Positions 24,134 to 32,000 of a DNA stretch of 32,000 nt are shown here, in pieces. The notes under the pieces were generated by a model. The model was given only the letters and a program-made list of their open reading frames with translations. It had not been told where the DNA came from and made no database searches. Source of the DNA: Sinorhizobium meliloti (GTDB taxonomy: Bacteria > Pseudomonadota > Alphaproteobacteria > Rhizobiales > Rhizobiaceae); the NCBI RefSeq assembly GCF_017876815.1, contig NZ_JAGIOS010000003.1:960001-992000 (forward strand), read 5' to 3'. The translations under genes were made by a program, and so were the position numbers. Numbering within the stretch: the stretch's first letter is position 1; each line of letters begins with the position of its first letter.

Positions 24134-25081
24134 TCACAGAACCGGAGTTGGCAACGGCCGGCCGCCGAAATGGGCCGACAGGTTGTCGAAGACGAGCTGG
24201 CCCATCGCCTTGCGGGTCTCCGCGGTGCCGGAGGCCATGTGCGGCTGCAGCAGCACATTGTCGAGCGCCAGGAAGCGCGGATTAAGGTTCGGCTCGCCCT
24301 CGAAGACGTCGAGCGCGGCAGCACCGAGCACCTTGCTTTCGAGCGCGTCCAGCAGGGCTTCCTCGTCGATGTTGGAGGCGCGCGAGATGTTGATCAGCAT
24401 GCCGTCCGGCCCGAGCGCCTCGATGACCCTGCGCCCGACGATATGACGCGTCTCGGCAGACGCCGCGAGCGTCACGAACAGGAAGTCGGAGCGGGCGGCA
24501 AGCTCGACCGGATCGGCAATGAAGCTCCAGTCCCTGGCAAAATCCTTCGCACCGGTATCGCTATAGGCGATCTCCATGTCGAAGCCGGCAAGGCGTTTTG
24601 CCACCTCGAAGCCGATGCGGCCAAGGCCGAGCACGCCGGCGCGCTTGCCGTGGACGCGGCGCTTCAGCGGATAGAGGCCCTTCTTCGCCCAGTCGCCGCT
24701 CTTCACCCAGGTCTCGCCGCCGATCATGCCCCGCGCATGCGCCAGCATCATCGCGACGCCGAGGTCGGCGACGTCCTTGGTCAAGACGTCGGGCGTATTG
24801 GTGACGCGGATGCCACGCTCACGCGCCGCAGCCAAGTCGACCGCGTCGTAGCCGACGCCATAGACCGAGATGATCTCCAGCCTGGGCAGCGCCTCGATCA
24901 TCGCCCAGTTGGCACCAAGCTCGCCGCGTGTGGCAATGCCGCGGATGGCTGCGCCATGCTCGGCGAGGAACGCCGCTTTGTCCGCCGCCTCGAAATAGCG
25001 GTGCATGGTGAAGTTCGCATTCAGACGCTCCTCGTCCCATGAAGGGTACGGGCCAACCTGCAATAGCTCGATCTTGGGCAT
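24134..25081 (-). CDS. D-isomer-specific 2-hydroxyacid dehydrogenase (glyoxylate/hydroxypyruvate/2-ketogluconate reductase type)
   Basis: 315 aa with NAD motif GVLGLGRIGFEVAKRL and the catalytic region ..LINISRASNIDEEAL..LDVFEGEP..LQPHMASGT. Confidence 0.85.
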   Translation of the reverse strand: MPKIELLQVGPYPSWDEERLNANFTMHRYFEAADKAAFLAEHGAAIRGIATRGELGANWAMIEALPRLEIISVYGVGYDAVDLAAARERGIRVTNTPDVLTKDVADLGVAMMLAHARGMIGGETWVKSGDWAKKGLYPLKRRVHGKRAGVLGLGRIGFEVAKRLAGFDMEIAYSDTGAKDFARDWSFIADPVELAARSDFLFVTLAASAETRHIVGRRVIEALGPDGMLINISRASNIDEEALLDALESKVLGAAALDVFEGEPNLNPRFLALDNVLLQPHMASGTAETRKAMGQLVFDNLSAHFGGRPLPTPVL

Positions 25082-25153
25082 GGGTGCTCCTTCGGCAGAG
25101 CGTTTCTGCCAATGATGTCAGACGATGGGGCGGACGAAACTGCCTCGCGAGGC

Positions 25154-25900
25154 TCAGCCTACTTCCGCGTGGAGGAAGGCTCGAAGTTCAGGCGTTTTCG
25201 GCGAAGAGAAGAATTCGGCGGAAGGCCCTTCCTCGTGGATGATGCCGTCCCTCATGAAGATCGTCCGATTGGCCACGCGCCGGGCGAAGCCCATTTCATG
25301 GGTCACGAGGATCATGGTCATGCCGTCGCGCGCCAGCTTTTCGATGACGGCGAGCACTTCACCGGTGAGTTCCGGGTCGAGGGCCGACGTGACCTCGTCG
25401 AAAAGAAGGACCTTCGGCTGCATGGCGAGCGAGCGGGCGATGGCGACGCGCTGCTGCTGGCCCCCGGAGAGCATGTCGGGATAGGCCTCGAAACGATCGC
25501 CGAGTCCGACGAGCGACAGACAGCGTTTCGCCTCGGATCGCGCGGCGTCCTTGCCGATTCCCTTCACCTGGACCGGGGCGAGCATGATGTTTTCGCCGGC
25601 GGTGAGATGCGGGAAGAGATTGTAACTCTGGAAGACAATGCCGACATCGCGCCGCAACCGGCGAAGCTCGGCCGGTTTGCGCGACATTCGGTGGCCGGCG
25701 ACCTCGATCTCACCGGAATCGACGCTTTCGAGGCCGTTCAAGCAGCGCAGGAAAGTGCTCTTGCCGGAGCCGCTGCGGCCGATCAAGGCGACAACCTCGC
25801 CGCCTTCGACCGTGAGCGATACGCCCTTCAGCACTTGGAGCCCACCGAAGCTCTTTCGAATATTTTTGGCGACGACAACGGACATTTCGGACCTCTTCAT
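25154..25900 (-). CDS. Polar amino acid ABC transporter ATP-binding protein (GlnQ/HisP-like)
   Basis: Walker A GRSGSGKST, signature LSGGQQQRVAIAR, Walker B LLFDEVTSALD, H-loop VTHEMGFA. Confidence 0.9.
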   Translation of the reverse strand: MKRSEMSVVVAKNIRKSFGGLQVLKGVSLTVEGGEVVALIGRSGSGKSTFLRCLNGLESVDSGEIEVAGHRMSRKPAELRRLRRDVGIVFQSYNLFPHLTAGENIMLAPVQVKGIGKDAARSEAKRCLSLVGLGDRFEAYPDMLSGGQQQRVAIARSLAMQPKVLLFDEVTSALDPELTGEVLAVIEKLARDGMTMILVTHEMGFARRVANRTIFMRDGIIHEEGPSAEFFSSPKTPELRAFLHAEVG

Positions 25901-25934
25901 GTGGGGGCGCCGCGGGCGCCCCCGGTTCTGTCGA

Positions 25935-26732
25935 TTAGAACGACGGCAGTTCCGGGATGGGCGTCTTCATCCACTTCTCATAGATCGCACCCAACTCCCC
26001 GCTCTGCTTGTGGACGAAGAGCACGGTGTTGAGCCAATGCAGGAGGTCCGGATCGTTACGGCGCAGCCCGACGCCGTAGAAGCTCTGGAGATAGGTGGTC
26101 TTCTCCTCGAAACCGCGGTCGGGATAGCGCTCCTGCAATTGCGCGGCGATGTAATTTACAGTGCCGATGGCATCGACCTGGCCAGAGACAAGCGCGTTCA
26201 GCGTTGTGCTGTCGTCGTCGAAGCGCACGAGTTCCATGCCCTCCACGTTGGCCGCCGAAAGGATCTTTTCATGCGCCGTGCCGCGTGGGACGCCGACACG
26301 CTTGCCGGCAAGGTCGGCCAGGCTTTTGATGGTGGCTTCCTTCGGCGCGATAATGATTGACCTGTGGCCGCCATATGGATTGGAGAAGGCGACCGAAAGC
26401 GCCCGCTCGGTATAGATGCCGAAGCTTGCCACGACGAAGTCGACCTTGCCGGTCTGAAGCGACGGAATGCGGCTCTGGCCGGTGACGGGCACAAGTTCCA
26501 GCTCGACGCCGAGATCCTTCGCGAGCAGCTTGGCGACATCGACGTCCAGCCCGTCCGGCTGCATCTCCTCATTGGTGATACCGAAGGGTGGGACGGACAG
26601 GTCGACGCCGATCATCACTTTCTTACGGGCGATAATGTCGTCGAGGGAGGAAGCCGACGCCGTTGCGGCGCCAACGGTGATGGCAAGAAGCCCGACGAGG
26701 GGCAGAAGAAGGGATTTCAGGCGCATGGTCAT
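25935..26732 (-). CDS. Polar amino acid ABC substrate-binding protein (family 3)
   Basis: Signal peptide LLLPLVGLLAITVGAATASA and a family-3 core (..KKVMIGVDLSVPPFG..DGLDVDVAKLLAKDLGV..). The SD GAGAGGA favours the second ATG at 26726 as the start. Confidence 0.85.
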   Translation of the reverse strand: MTMRLKSLLLPLVGLLAITVGAATASASSLDDIIARKKVMIGVDLSVPPFGITNEEMQPDGLDVDVAKLLAKDLGVELELVPVTGQSRIPSLQTGKVDFVVASFGIYTERALSVAFSNPYGGHRSIIIAPKEATIKSLADLAGKRVGVPRGTAHEKILSAANVEGMELVRFDDDSTTLNALVSGQVDAIGTVNYIAAQLQERYPDRGFEEKTTYLQSFYGVGLRRNDPDLLHWLNTVLFVHKQSGELGAIYEKWMKTPIPELPSF

Positions 26733-26789
26733 CCTCTCAGTTCTGGAGTTCCGGGTGGTTTGGACGGCCTTCTTCGGGCCGTTGGGTGA

Positions 26790-27446
26790 TCAGGTTCGGG
26801 CGCCCCGGCAGGCCGTGCGCCGCTCGAGCCAAAGGCTCAGTTGCGTGAGCGGGAAGCAGACGGCGAAGTAGAGGGCGGCGACGCTCAGGAAGGCCTTGAG
26901 CGGCTCGAATGTGGCATTGCTGACAAGCTGGCCGGCGCGAGTGATCTCGATGAAGCCGATGATAGAGGCAAGCGAGGTCTGCTTGATGATCTGCACGAGG
27001 AAGCCGACGGTGGACGGCAGGGCGAGGCGGATCGCCTGCGGCGCGATGACGAAGCGCAGTGTTTTGTAGGGCGTCAGCGCCAGCGCGTCCGCACTCTCCC
27101 ACTGCGCCTTGGGAATTGCCCTGAGCGCGCTTTCCCAAATGGCGCCAAGGAAGGCGCTGGAATTGATGGTGAGCGCAATGGCCGCCGCGGTGAGCGCCGC
27201 GATCTCGATGCCAAAAAGCGACGGCGCATAATAGCACAGGAACAAGAGCACGAGCAGCGGCAGGCCCTGGATCACCTGCATGTAGAAGGTCGTGATTGCA
27301 CTGAAGGCCCTGATGCGGGCAATGCGCAGCAGCGCCAGCACGATGCCCATGATGCCGCCGCCGACGAAGGCCAGGACGGTGAGGGTCAGCGTCCAGCGAA
27401 GCGCATAGACGATGAACAGGAATTCGGGGGAGCCGAACGTGCGCAT
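26790..27446 (-). CDS. Polar amino acid ABC permease (HisM-like)
   Basis: 218 aa, multi-TM, with EAA-type loop ESADALALTPYKTLRFVIAPQAIRLALP. Confidence 0.88.
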   Translation of the reverse strand: MRTFGSPEFLFIVYALRWTLTLTVLAFVGGGIMGIVLALLRIARIRAFSAITTFYMQVIQGLPLLVLLFLCYYAPSLFGIEIAALTAAAIALTINSSAFLGAIWESALRAIPKAQWESADALALTPYKTLRFVIAPQAIRLALPSTVGFLVQIIKQTSLASIIGFIEITRAGQLVSNATFEPLKAFLSVAALYFAVCFPLTQLSLWLERRTACRGART

Positions 27447-27447
27447 C

Positions 27448-28134
27448 TCAGGCCCTCCCGAGCAGGCGGCGGCGCGACCGCGTGAAGATCATGAGGCCGG
27501 CAACGTTGAGCACGGCGCGGAAGACGAAGTTCAAGACCACATAGACCATGGCGACGACCAGGTAGATTTCCATCGTGCGGAACGTTTCGGAGCTTGCGAT
27601 CATCGCGGCTCCCGTCAAGTCCTCGACGCCGATTGCCGAGACGAGGCTGGTCGACAGCATCAGCAGCACGCATTGCGAAACGACCGGCGTAAACACCTTC
27701 TCCAGCGCCGGCGGCAGGATCACGTAACGCAGCGTCTGGAAATAGCTAAGGCCGAGGCTTTCGGCCGCCTCCACCTGGCTGCGATGGGTGGCCTCGATGC
27801 CGCCGCGAACGATCTCCGCGACATAGCCGCCATTGTTCAAAACGAGGGCGATGAAGACGGAGGTGAGCGGCGACAGACGGATTCCGATATTCGGCAATCC
27901 GAAGAAGATCACGAAGATCTGCACCAGCAGCGGCGTGTTGCGGACCACCTCGACATAGAGGCGGACGAGCAAGCGCGGGATTGGCGAGGACGAGGTCGAC
28001 ATCACCGCGCAGAAAATCCCGAGCGCGATGCCGCCGAAAATGCCGACGAAGGACAGGCCGATCGTCAGCCACAATCCGCTGACGATTTGCGGCAGGTAGT
28101 TCAGCAATGGGCCGAACTGGAACGTATAGTCCAT
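27448..28134 (-). CDS. Polar amino acid ABC permease (HisQ-like)
   Basis: 228 aa, multi-TM, with EAA-type loop VEAAESLGLSYFQTLRYVILPPALEKVFTP. Confidence 0.88.
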   Translation of the reverse strand: MDYTFQFGPLLNYLPQIVSGLWLTIGLSFVGIFGGIALGIFCAVMSTSSSPIPRLLVRLYVEVVRNTPLLVQIFVIFFGLPNIGIRLSPLTSVFIALVLNNGGYVAEIVRGGIEATHRSQVEAAESLGLSYFQTLRYVILPPALEKVFTPVVSQCVLLMLSTSLVSAIGVEDLTGAAMIASSETFRTMEIYLVVAMVYVVLNFVFRAVLNVAGLMIFTRSRRRLLGRA

Positions 28135-28176
28135 CTCTAACCTCGGCTTTCCCTCTTGGCAGTTTTTTACGGCTTC

Positions 28177-28809
28177 CTACTGCATGCCGATCGGGCGGAC
28201 GCGCAAGTTCGGGCCGGCGAAACCGATCGTCTCCGGATGGCACAGATCGAGCGCCGCAGCGACATGCCACCAGGCATGGTCGGCCTGACGGATGATGTAG
28301 CATTCCGTACTGTGGCCGATATGCGCCCCTTCGAGCGAGTGTCCCATGCAGATATGGCCAATTTCTTCCGGCAGGCCGACCGAGAGGCAAACATGGGTGC
28401 CGTAGGCCGAATGGCGGAAGGACGGTTCGCCGTAGCGGTCGCCGCGTTCGCGCCAACGCTTCAGGTTGATCGGATCGAACTCCCAGGTCTTGCCGATGTC
28501 GTGGCAAAGTCCGCCGGCGAGAATGATGTCACGATCGACCCTGGCCTCGGGATAGGTCCTGGCGAACTCGTCGTAGATCGCAAGCGCAAGGCGCGTGACA
28601 CCGCGCAGGTGGGCGTCCTGAGTGCCCCGCTTGAGCGCAAAGACGTTCGGGCTGCCCTCGCCAGGAATGTCGACCACGCGATCGAAGGACGAGCGTTCCA
28701 GCGCGAATACCCAAGCGTCCACCACCTTTTCTCTCAGGTCGTCCGACTGGATCTCCGCGATCTCCGGCAGGTCTTCGAGAATGTGTTCCCGGGAGATGGT
28801 TTTGTGCAT
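28177..28809 (-). CDS. HD-domain metal-dependent hydrolase/oxygenase-superfamily protein
   Basis: 210 aa with the HD dyad in GGLCHDIGK (H103-D104). Additional candidate ligands are H67, H133 and several His in GHICMGHSLEGAHIGH, plus D177 in RQADHAWW. First gene of the amino-acid-type ABC operon. Confidence 0.75.
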   Translation of the reverse strand: MHKTISREHILEDLPEIAEIQSDDLREKVVDAWVFALERSSFDRVVDIPGEGSPNVFALKRGTQDAHLRGVTRLALAIYDEFARTYPEARVDRDIILAGGLCHDIGKTWEFDPINLKRWRERGDRYGEPSFRHSAYGTHVCLSVGLPEEIGHICMGHSLEGAHIGHSTECYIIRQADHAWWHVAAALDLCHPETIGFAGPNLRVRPIGMQ

Positions 28810-28887
28810 GGTGTCCCCGCGTCTCTGATGTGGATGTTGAAAACCTACGCGGTCTTGAGATCAAAATCTAATTAGGATACTTAGAGC

Positions 28888-28907
28888 TATCGATAGAAAA
28901 ATTCTAT
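28888..28907. promoter_or_regulatory. LysR-type T-N11-A box / palindrome in the divergent intergenic region
   Basis: Perfect palindrome CTATCGATAG (28888-28897) overlapping the dyad ATAG-N7-CTAT (28893-28907), which contains T-N11-A. It lies between the LysR gene and the HD-led operon. Confidence 0.4.
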
Positions 28908-28911
28908 TCAA

Positions 28912-29811
28912 ATGACCTTAAGTTTTTCCGCCCTGGAATCCTTCTATTGGGTATCTCAGCTGCGCAGCTTCAATGCGGCGGCCAACAAGCTGAATGTCAG
29001 CCAGCCTACGGTTTCTTACCGGATCCGCGAACTGGAGGAGCGGCTCGGCGTGTCGCTCTTCGTGCGCCAAAGGCGGCAACTTGTGCTGACCAGCGAGGGC
29101 GAGGCGCTGAAGCACTATGCGGAATCGATGATCGCCATAGCGCGCGACATTGAATCCAATATCAAGACCCGCAACACCCGCCTGCCGACGCTGAGGGTCG
29201 GCGTGATCGATAGCTTCGCAGCCGTGTGCCTCCCTTCCCTGCTCGATGAACTCGACATCCGTTTTGCCGGCGCACGCATCGCCGCGACGGTGGACACCAG
29301 CCACAAACTTGCTGATCAACTCTCTGAGGGGCTGCTGGATATAGCGGTCCTCTCTACGCCGCCGTCGCACGACAATGTCGCGCTTGAGCTTCTCGGACGC
29401 CAGAGCGTCGATTGGATCGCCAGCCACAAACTCGGCTTGCCGCAGACGATCGTCTCCGACGAGGAACTCCTACGTCAGCGCATCTTTGCGACACCCGCAC
29501 CGTCCAACCTTCATTCGCTCACCACTGGTTTCCTCGCCGCAACGGCTGGTGCCGGGCTGCGGCTCAATGTCTGCAACAGCCTTGGCACGATCCTCAATCT
29601 CGTGGAATCGGGAACCGGTATAAGCATCCTGCCCTCGCGGCTGCTTCAAGAGCAGATTCGGCACGGGACAATACAGGTTCTGAAGACCCGGACGACACTA
29701 CCCTTGCAGGAAGTTTTCATCGGAACAAACAAGGGCGCAATCGTACGCGCACTCCCGCAGGTCTCTCAGATGATCCGCAAGGTCAGCGCAAGCGTGGGCT
29801 TCTGCGTGTGA
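28912..29811 (+). CDS. LysR-family transcriptional regulator
   Basis: N-terminal HTH LESFYWVSQLRSFNAAANKLNVSQPTVSYRIRELEERLGVSLF, about 299 aa, divergent from the HD/ABC operon. Confidence 0.9.
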   Translation: MTLSFSALESFYWVSQLRSFNAAANKLNVSQPTVSYRIRELEERLGVSLFVRQRRQLVLTSEGEALKHYAESMIAIARDIESNIKTRNTRLPTLRVGVIDSFAAVCLPSLLDELDIRFAGARIAATVDTSHKLADQLSEGLLDIAVLSTPPSHDNVALELLGRQSVDWIASHKLGLPQTIVSDEELLRQRIFATPAPSNLHSLTTGFLAATAGAGLRLNVCNSLGTILNLVESGTGISILPSRLLQEQIRHGTIQVLKTRTTLPLQEVFIGTNKGAIVRALPQVSQMIRKVSASVGFCV

Positions 29812-29888
29812 GATCATCTTGGCAGCATCTTGACTGACCTCCGGCATTTGACGGCATGAGATGCCGGGCCGTTTTCAGCATGGCCAAC

Positions 29889-30620
29889 TTACTGCTTACT
29901 GTTGCCGCCAGCCACCTTCGCCGCATCACCGTTGAGATAGTTGTATACCGTGGCCCGGCCCATACCGAGGAGTCGACATATGTAGCCTGCCGCGTTTTTC
30001 CCGCTAAACGCGCCATCGTCGGCGAGAGCCTGCACGAGTTCCTTCTTCTGTGCGCGCGACAGGTCGGAAATATTGAGCCCGCGTGACGTCGTCCAATGCC
30101 GAATATAGCTGTTAATGCGCTCAAACCAGTCATCGCGAAAAAGGCTGTCCAGCTTACCGGCCGTGGCAGGAAGAGAGACGAAGGTCTGCAGCGTAAGAAG
30201 GATGTTTTCGAAGACGGAGACGTCGACGTTTATACACAACACACCCACTTCCTTGCCCGAGGCGGTTCTCAGCACCGAGCTGATCGACTTGATCCGCCGA
30301 CCATCCCAGTTTGTCTTTTCGTATGGCCCGATTAACACATCGGCGGGTTTGAAGTCGATCTCCTCGAGATTTGAGGGGTCGCCGAATTCCCGCTTTGAGA
30401 AATTCCCGGCAATGTAGACCACGGATGCACTCGCCATGTCATGCAGCACCACCTCCGCGAATGGGGCGAATAGGTTCGCAATGGCGTCGCAGACGGGGAC
30501 GAACGGCGAAAGCTCCGGACCTATGCCTTTTCCCAATTCCTGGTCTTTCTTCTTCAACGAACGGTCTCCTTCAGAGGCTGGCGCAGGCGAAATGTAGCTC
30601 AAGTGCCATGCGATCGGCAT
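29889..30620 (-). CDS. YheO-like (PAS-like sensor + C-terminal HTH) transcriptional regulator
   Basis: Architecture and motifs resemble the YheO/DauR family: ..LFAPFAEVVLHD.., ..GVLCINVDVS.., and the C-terminal HTH AAGYICRLLGMGRATVYNYL. The start at 30620 is uncertain. Confidence 0.7.
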   Translation of the reverse strand: MPIAWHLSYISPAPASEGDRSLKKKDQELGKGIGPELSPFVPVCDAIANLFAPFAEVVLHDMASASVVYIAGNFSKREFGDPSNLEEIDFKPADVLIGPYEKTNWDGRRIKSISSVLRTASGKEVGVLCINVDVSVFENILLTLQTFVSLPATAGKLDSLFRDDWFERINSYIRHWTTSRGLNISDLSRAQKKELVQALADDGAFSGKNAAGYICRLLGMGRATVYNYLNGDAAKVAGGNSKQ

Positions 30621-30631
30621 TCACAATATAC

Positions 30632-30668
30632 AGACTGGACAGTCTATTTTGGATGATCTAGTCTATTT
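30632..30668. promoter_or_regulatory. Operator candidate in the YheO-like/ABC divergent region
   Basis: Inverted repeat AGACTG-GA-CAGTCT (30632-30645). Its right arm starts a direct repeat AGTCTATTT (30641-30649 and 30660-30668, 19-bp period). Confidence 0.35.
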
Positions 30669-30750
30669 CCTATGGTGCTTCCGTGCAAGCAGCTAGAGAG
30701 ACAACCCGCTGCAACGAGGTTGTGCCGGTACCAGAAAAAACGAGAGGGGA

Positions 30751-31569
30751 ATGAACGCAATGAAAAACTGGCAAACGTCCCTCACCGGACTAATCACAGC
30801 AGTGCTCCTCAGTGCTGCGCCGGCGAACGCGGACACGCTTCGCGTCGGCATGGAATGCACCTATGCGCCGTTTAATTATCGAACCTCCGATGGAAAGCTT
30901 GAAGGCTACGATGTCGATGTTGCCAAAGGCATTTCTGAAATCATCGGCGTCGATTTCGAGTATGTCTGCCAGGAATGGGACGGCATGATCCCGGCCTTGC
31001 TGGCCAACAAGTTCGACCTGATCATTGCCTCGATGTCGATTACCGACAAGCGCAAGGAACAGATTGATTTCTCTTCGCCCTATCGCAACTCGGTCGGCCG
31101 CATCGTGGGCCCGGTCGGCAAGGATTTGAAGCTTTTCGACGACAAGGGCCAACCGGTCGTAGAAAATTTCGATGGACTTCGGATCGGGGTAGAGCGCGCC
31201 TCGACCTACTTCGAATGGTTCTCGGCCAAGCTGCCGAAAGCCGACCTGGTGTTGTACGATAGCAATGAGGCGATGTATCTCGACCTCAAGAACGGCCGGG
31301 TCGATGTGATCATGACCAACCCGATGAAAGCGCATTTGAGCTTCCTCAGCGGCGAGGGAAAGGGAAAGTACGAATTCATCGGTCCCGAGGTCAATGAGCC
31401 GAAATTCTTCGGGCCCGGCGTCGGCGTGGGCCTGCGCAAGGGCAACGACGAACTGCGTGATAAGATCAGCGCAGCGATCCGCAAACTCATCCGCGAAGGC
31501 AAGCTTAAGGAATACGCGCTGAAAATCTTCCCGTTCCAGATCCACGATGACGCCTGGGCCGAAGAGTAA
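30751..31569 (+). CDS. Polar amino acid (Lys/Arg/Orn/His/opine-type) ABC substrate-binding protein
   Basis: Signal peptide LTGLITAVLLSAAPANA and core LRVGMECTYAPFNYRTSDGKLEGYDVDVAKGI..DLIIASMSITDKRKEQIDFSSPY. The SD GAGAGGGGA favours the ATG at 30760 over 30751. Confidence 0.88.
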   Translation: MNAMKNWQTSLTGLITAVLLSAAPANADTLRVGMECTYAPFNYRTSDGKLEGYDVDVAKGISEIIGVDFEYVCQEWDGMIPALLANKFDLIIASMSITDKRKEQIDFSSPYRNSVGRIVGPVGKDLKLFDDKGQPVVENFDGLRIGVERASTYFEWFSAKLPKADLVLYDSNEAMYLDLKNGRVDVIMTNPMKAHLSFLSGEGKGKYEFIGPEVNEPKFFGPGVGVGLRKGNDELRDKISAAIRKLIREGKLKEYALKIFPFQIHDDAWAEE

Positions 31570-31608
31570 TCATCGGTGGGATGACATCCAAGAACACGGA
31601 GTAGGGCA

Positions 31609-32000
31609 TTGGAAGCACTGAACGGCTGGTGGGATGATTATCTGTTGGCGTCGGTAACCGTCGCAAAGGTTTTCGTCTGTTCGCTGATCCTGATGGTGAT
31701 CTTCGGGCTGCTTGGCGCGTCTGCCAAGCTCTCTTCCAACCGCCTGGCCAACGCTGTCGGCAACGCCTACACCGTGTTCTTCCGCGGGACCCCCGAAATA
31801 CTCGTCATCCTGCTGTTGTATTTCGGCTCGGCGGTTTCGCTGACGACCATCGCCCGAGTTTTCGACCCGTCCGTTGCTTTTGTCGATATCCCGCCCTTCT
31901 GGGCGGGATCGATAGCGATTGCATTGGTGGTCGGGTCCTACGCCACCGAGACATTCCGCGGCGCGTTCAATGGCGTGAAGAGCGGGAGCATCGAGGCCGC
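31609..32000 (+). CDS. Polar amino acid ABC permease (HisQ/OccQ-like), 3'-truncated by the window
   Basis: Open frame from TTG at 31609 (GGAG 7 nt upstream) to the window end: LEALNGWWDDYLLASVTVAKVFVCSLILMVIFGLLGASAKLSSNRLANAVGNAYTVFFRGTPEILVILLLYF... Not in the ORF track because no stop is reached. Confidence 0.75.
   Translation, partial: MEALNGWWDDYLLASVTVAKVFVCSLILMVIFGLLGASAKLSSNRLANAVGNAYTVFFRGTPEILVILLLYFGSAVSLTTIARVFDPSVAFVDIPPFWAGSIAIALVVGSYATETFRGAFNGVKSGSIEA

Noticed and set aside
25094-25110. Hairpin GGCAGA-gcgtt-TCTGCC between the amino acid ABC ATPase gene and the 2-hydroxyacid dehydrogenase gene, considered as a terminator
   Set aside because: It has only a 6-bp stem with no U-tract, and on the minus strand it is immediately followed by the SD GAAGGAG of the next gene. 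It is more likely an intercistronic structure.
1-32000. Looked for CRISPR arrays, tRNA/rRNA genes, IS elements, integrases, reverse transcriptases and known defence-system signatures
   Set aside because: - No regularly spaced repeats.
- No T-loop-like GGTTCGAATCC motifs.
- No DDE or tyrosine-recombinase-like ORFs.
- No large ATPase or nuclease genes of defence type.
- vapBC is the only toxin-type module.

Overview
High-GC, Rhizobiaceae-like alphaproteobacterial segment made almost entirely of solute-uptake and catabolic operons, mostly on the minus strand.

Left to right:
- (1) The end of a peptide-type ABC ATPase gene (+).
- (2) A minus-strand peptide/nickel-type ABC operon (permease, permease, fused double ATPase, binding protein), followed after an internal terminator by a creatinase/M24-fold hydrolase.
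- (3) A roughly 6.9 kb patchwork accessory stretch (about 7.75-14.65 kb). It holds a ~1.2 kb gene-free tract, a vapBC toxin-antitoxin pair and gene fragments. It also holds a small stress-type module (PRC-barrel protein, Pro/Thr-rich membrane protein, BON-like protein) flanked by two divergent EcfG/RpoE2-type promoter motifs. Further right are two NTF2/SnoaL-like genes, an Lrp/AsnC regulator whose last 174 bp are duplicated 3.3 kb upstream, a small SAM methyltransferase and a decayed GST pseudogene.
- (4) An RpiR-associated Fe3+/Afu-type ABC importer translationally coupled to a histidine phosphatase.
- (5) An L-idonate/5-ketogluconate-type sugar-acid gene set (2-hydroxyacid DH, idnD, idnO, gluconokinase, HIBADH-like, EthD-like). 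It lies directly downstream of, and co-directional with, a polar-amino-acid-type ABC importer led by an HD-domain protein, with a divergent LysR regulator.
- (6) A YheO-like regulator divergent from a second polar-amino-acid ABC system that runs off the window.

No rRNA, tRNA, CRISPR array, transposase or integrase was recognised.

Nothing here is demonstrably a new system. The best second-look candidates are the stress islet with the orphan lrp fragment, the HD-domain-led importer fused to the idonate genes, and the RpiR/Afu-like/phosphatase cluster.

All calls rest on reading motifs and translations by eye; no searches were run.
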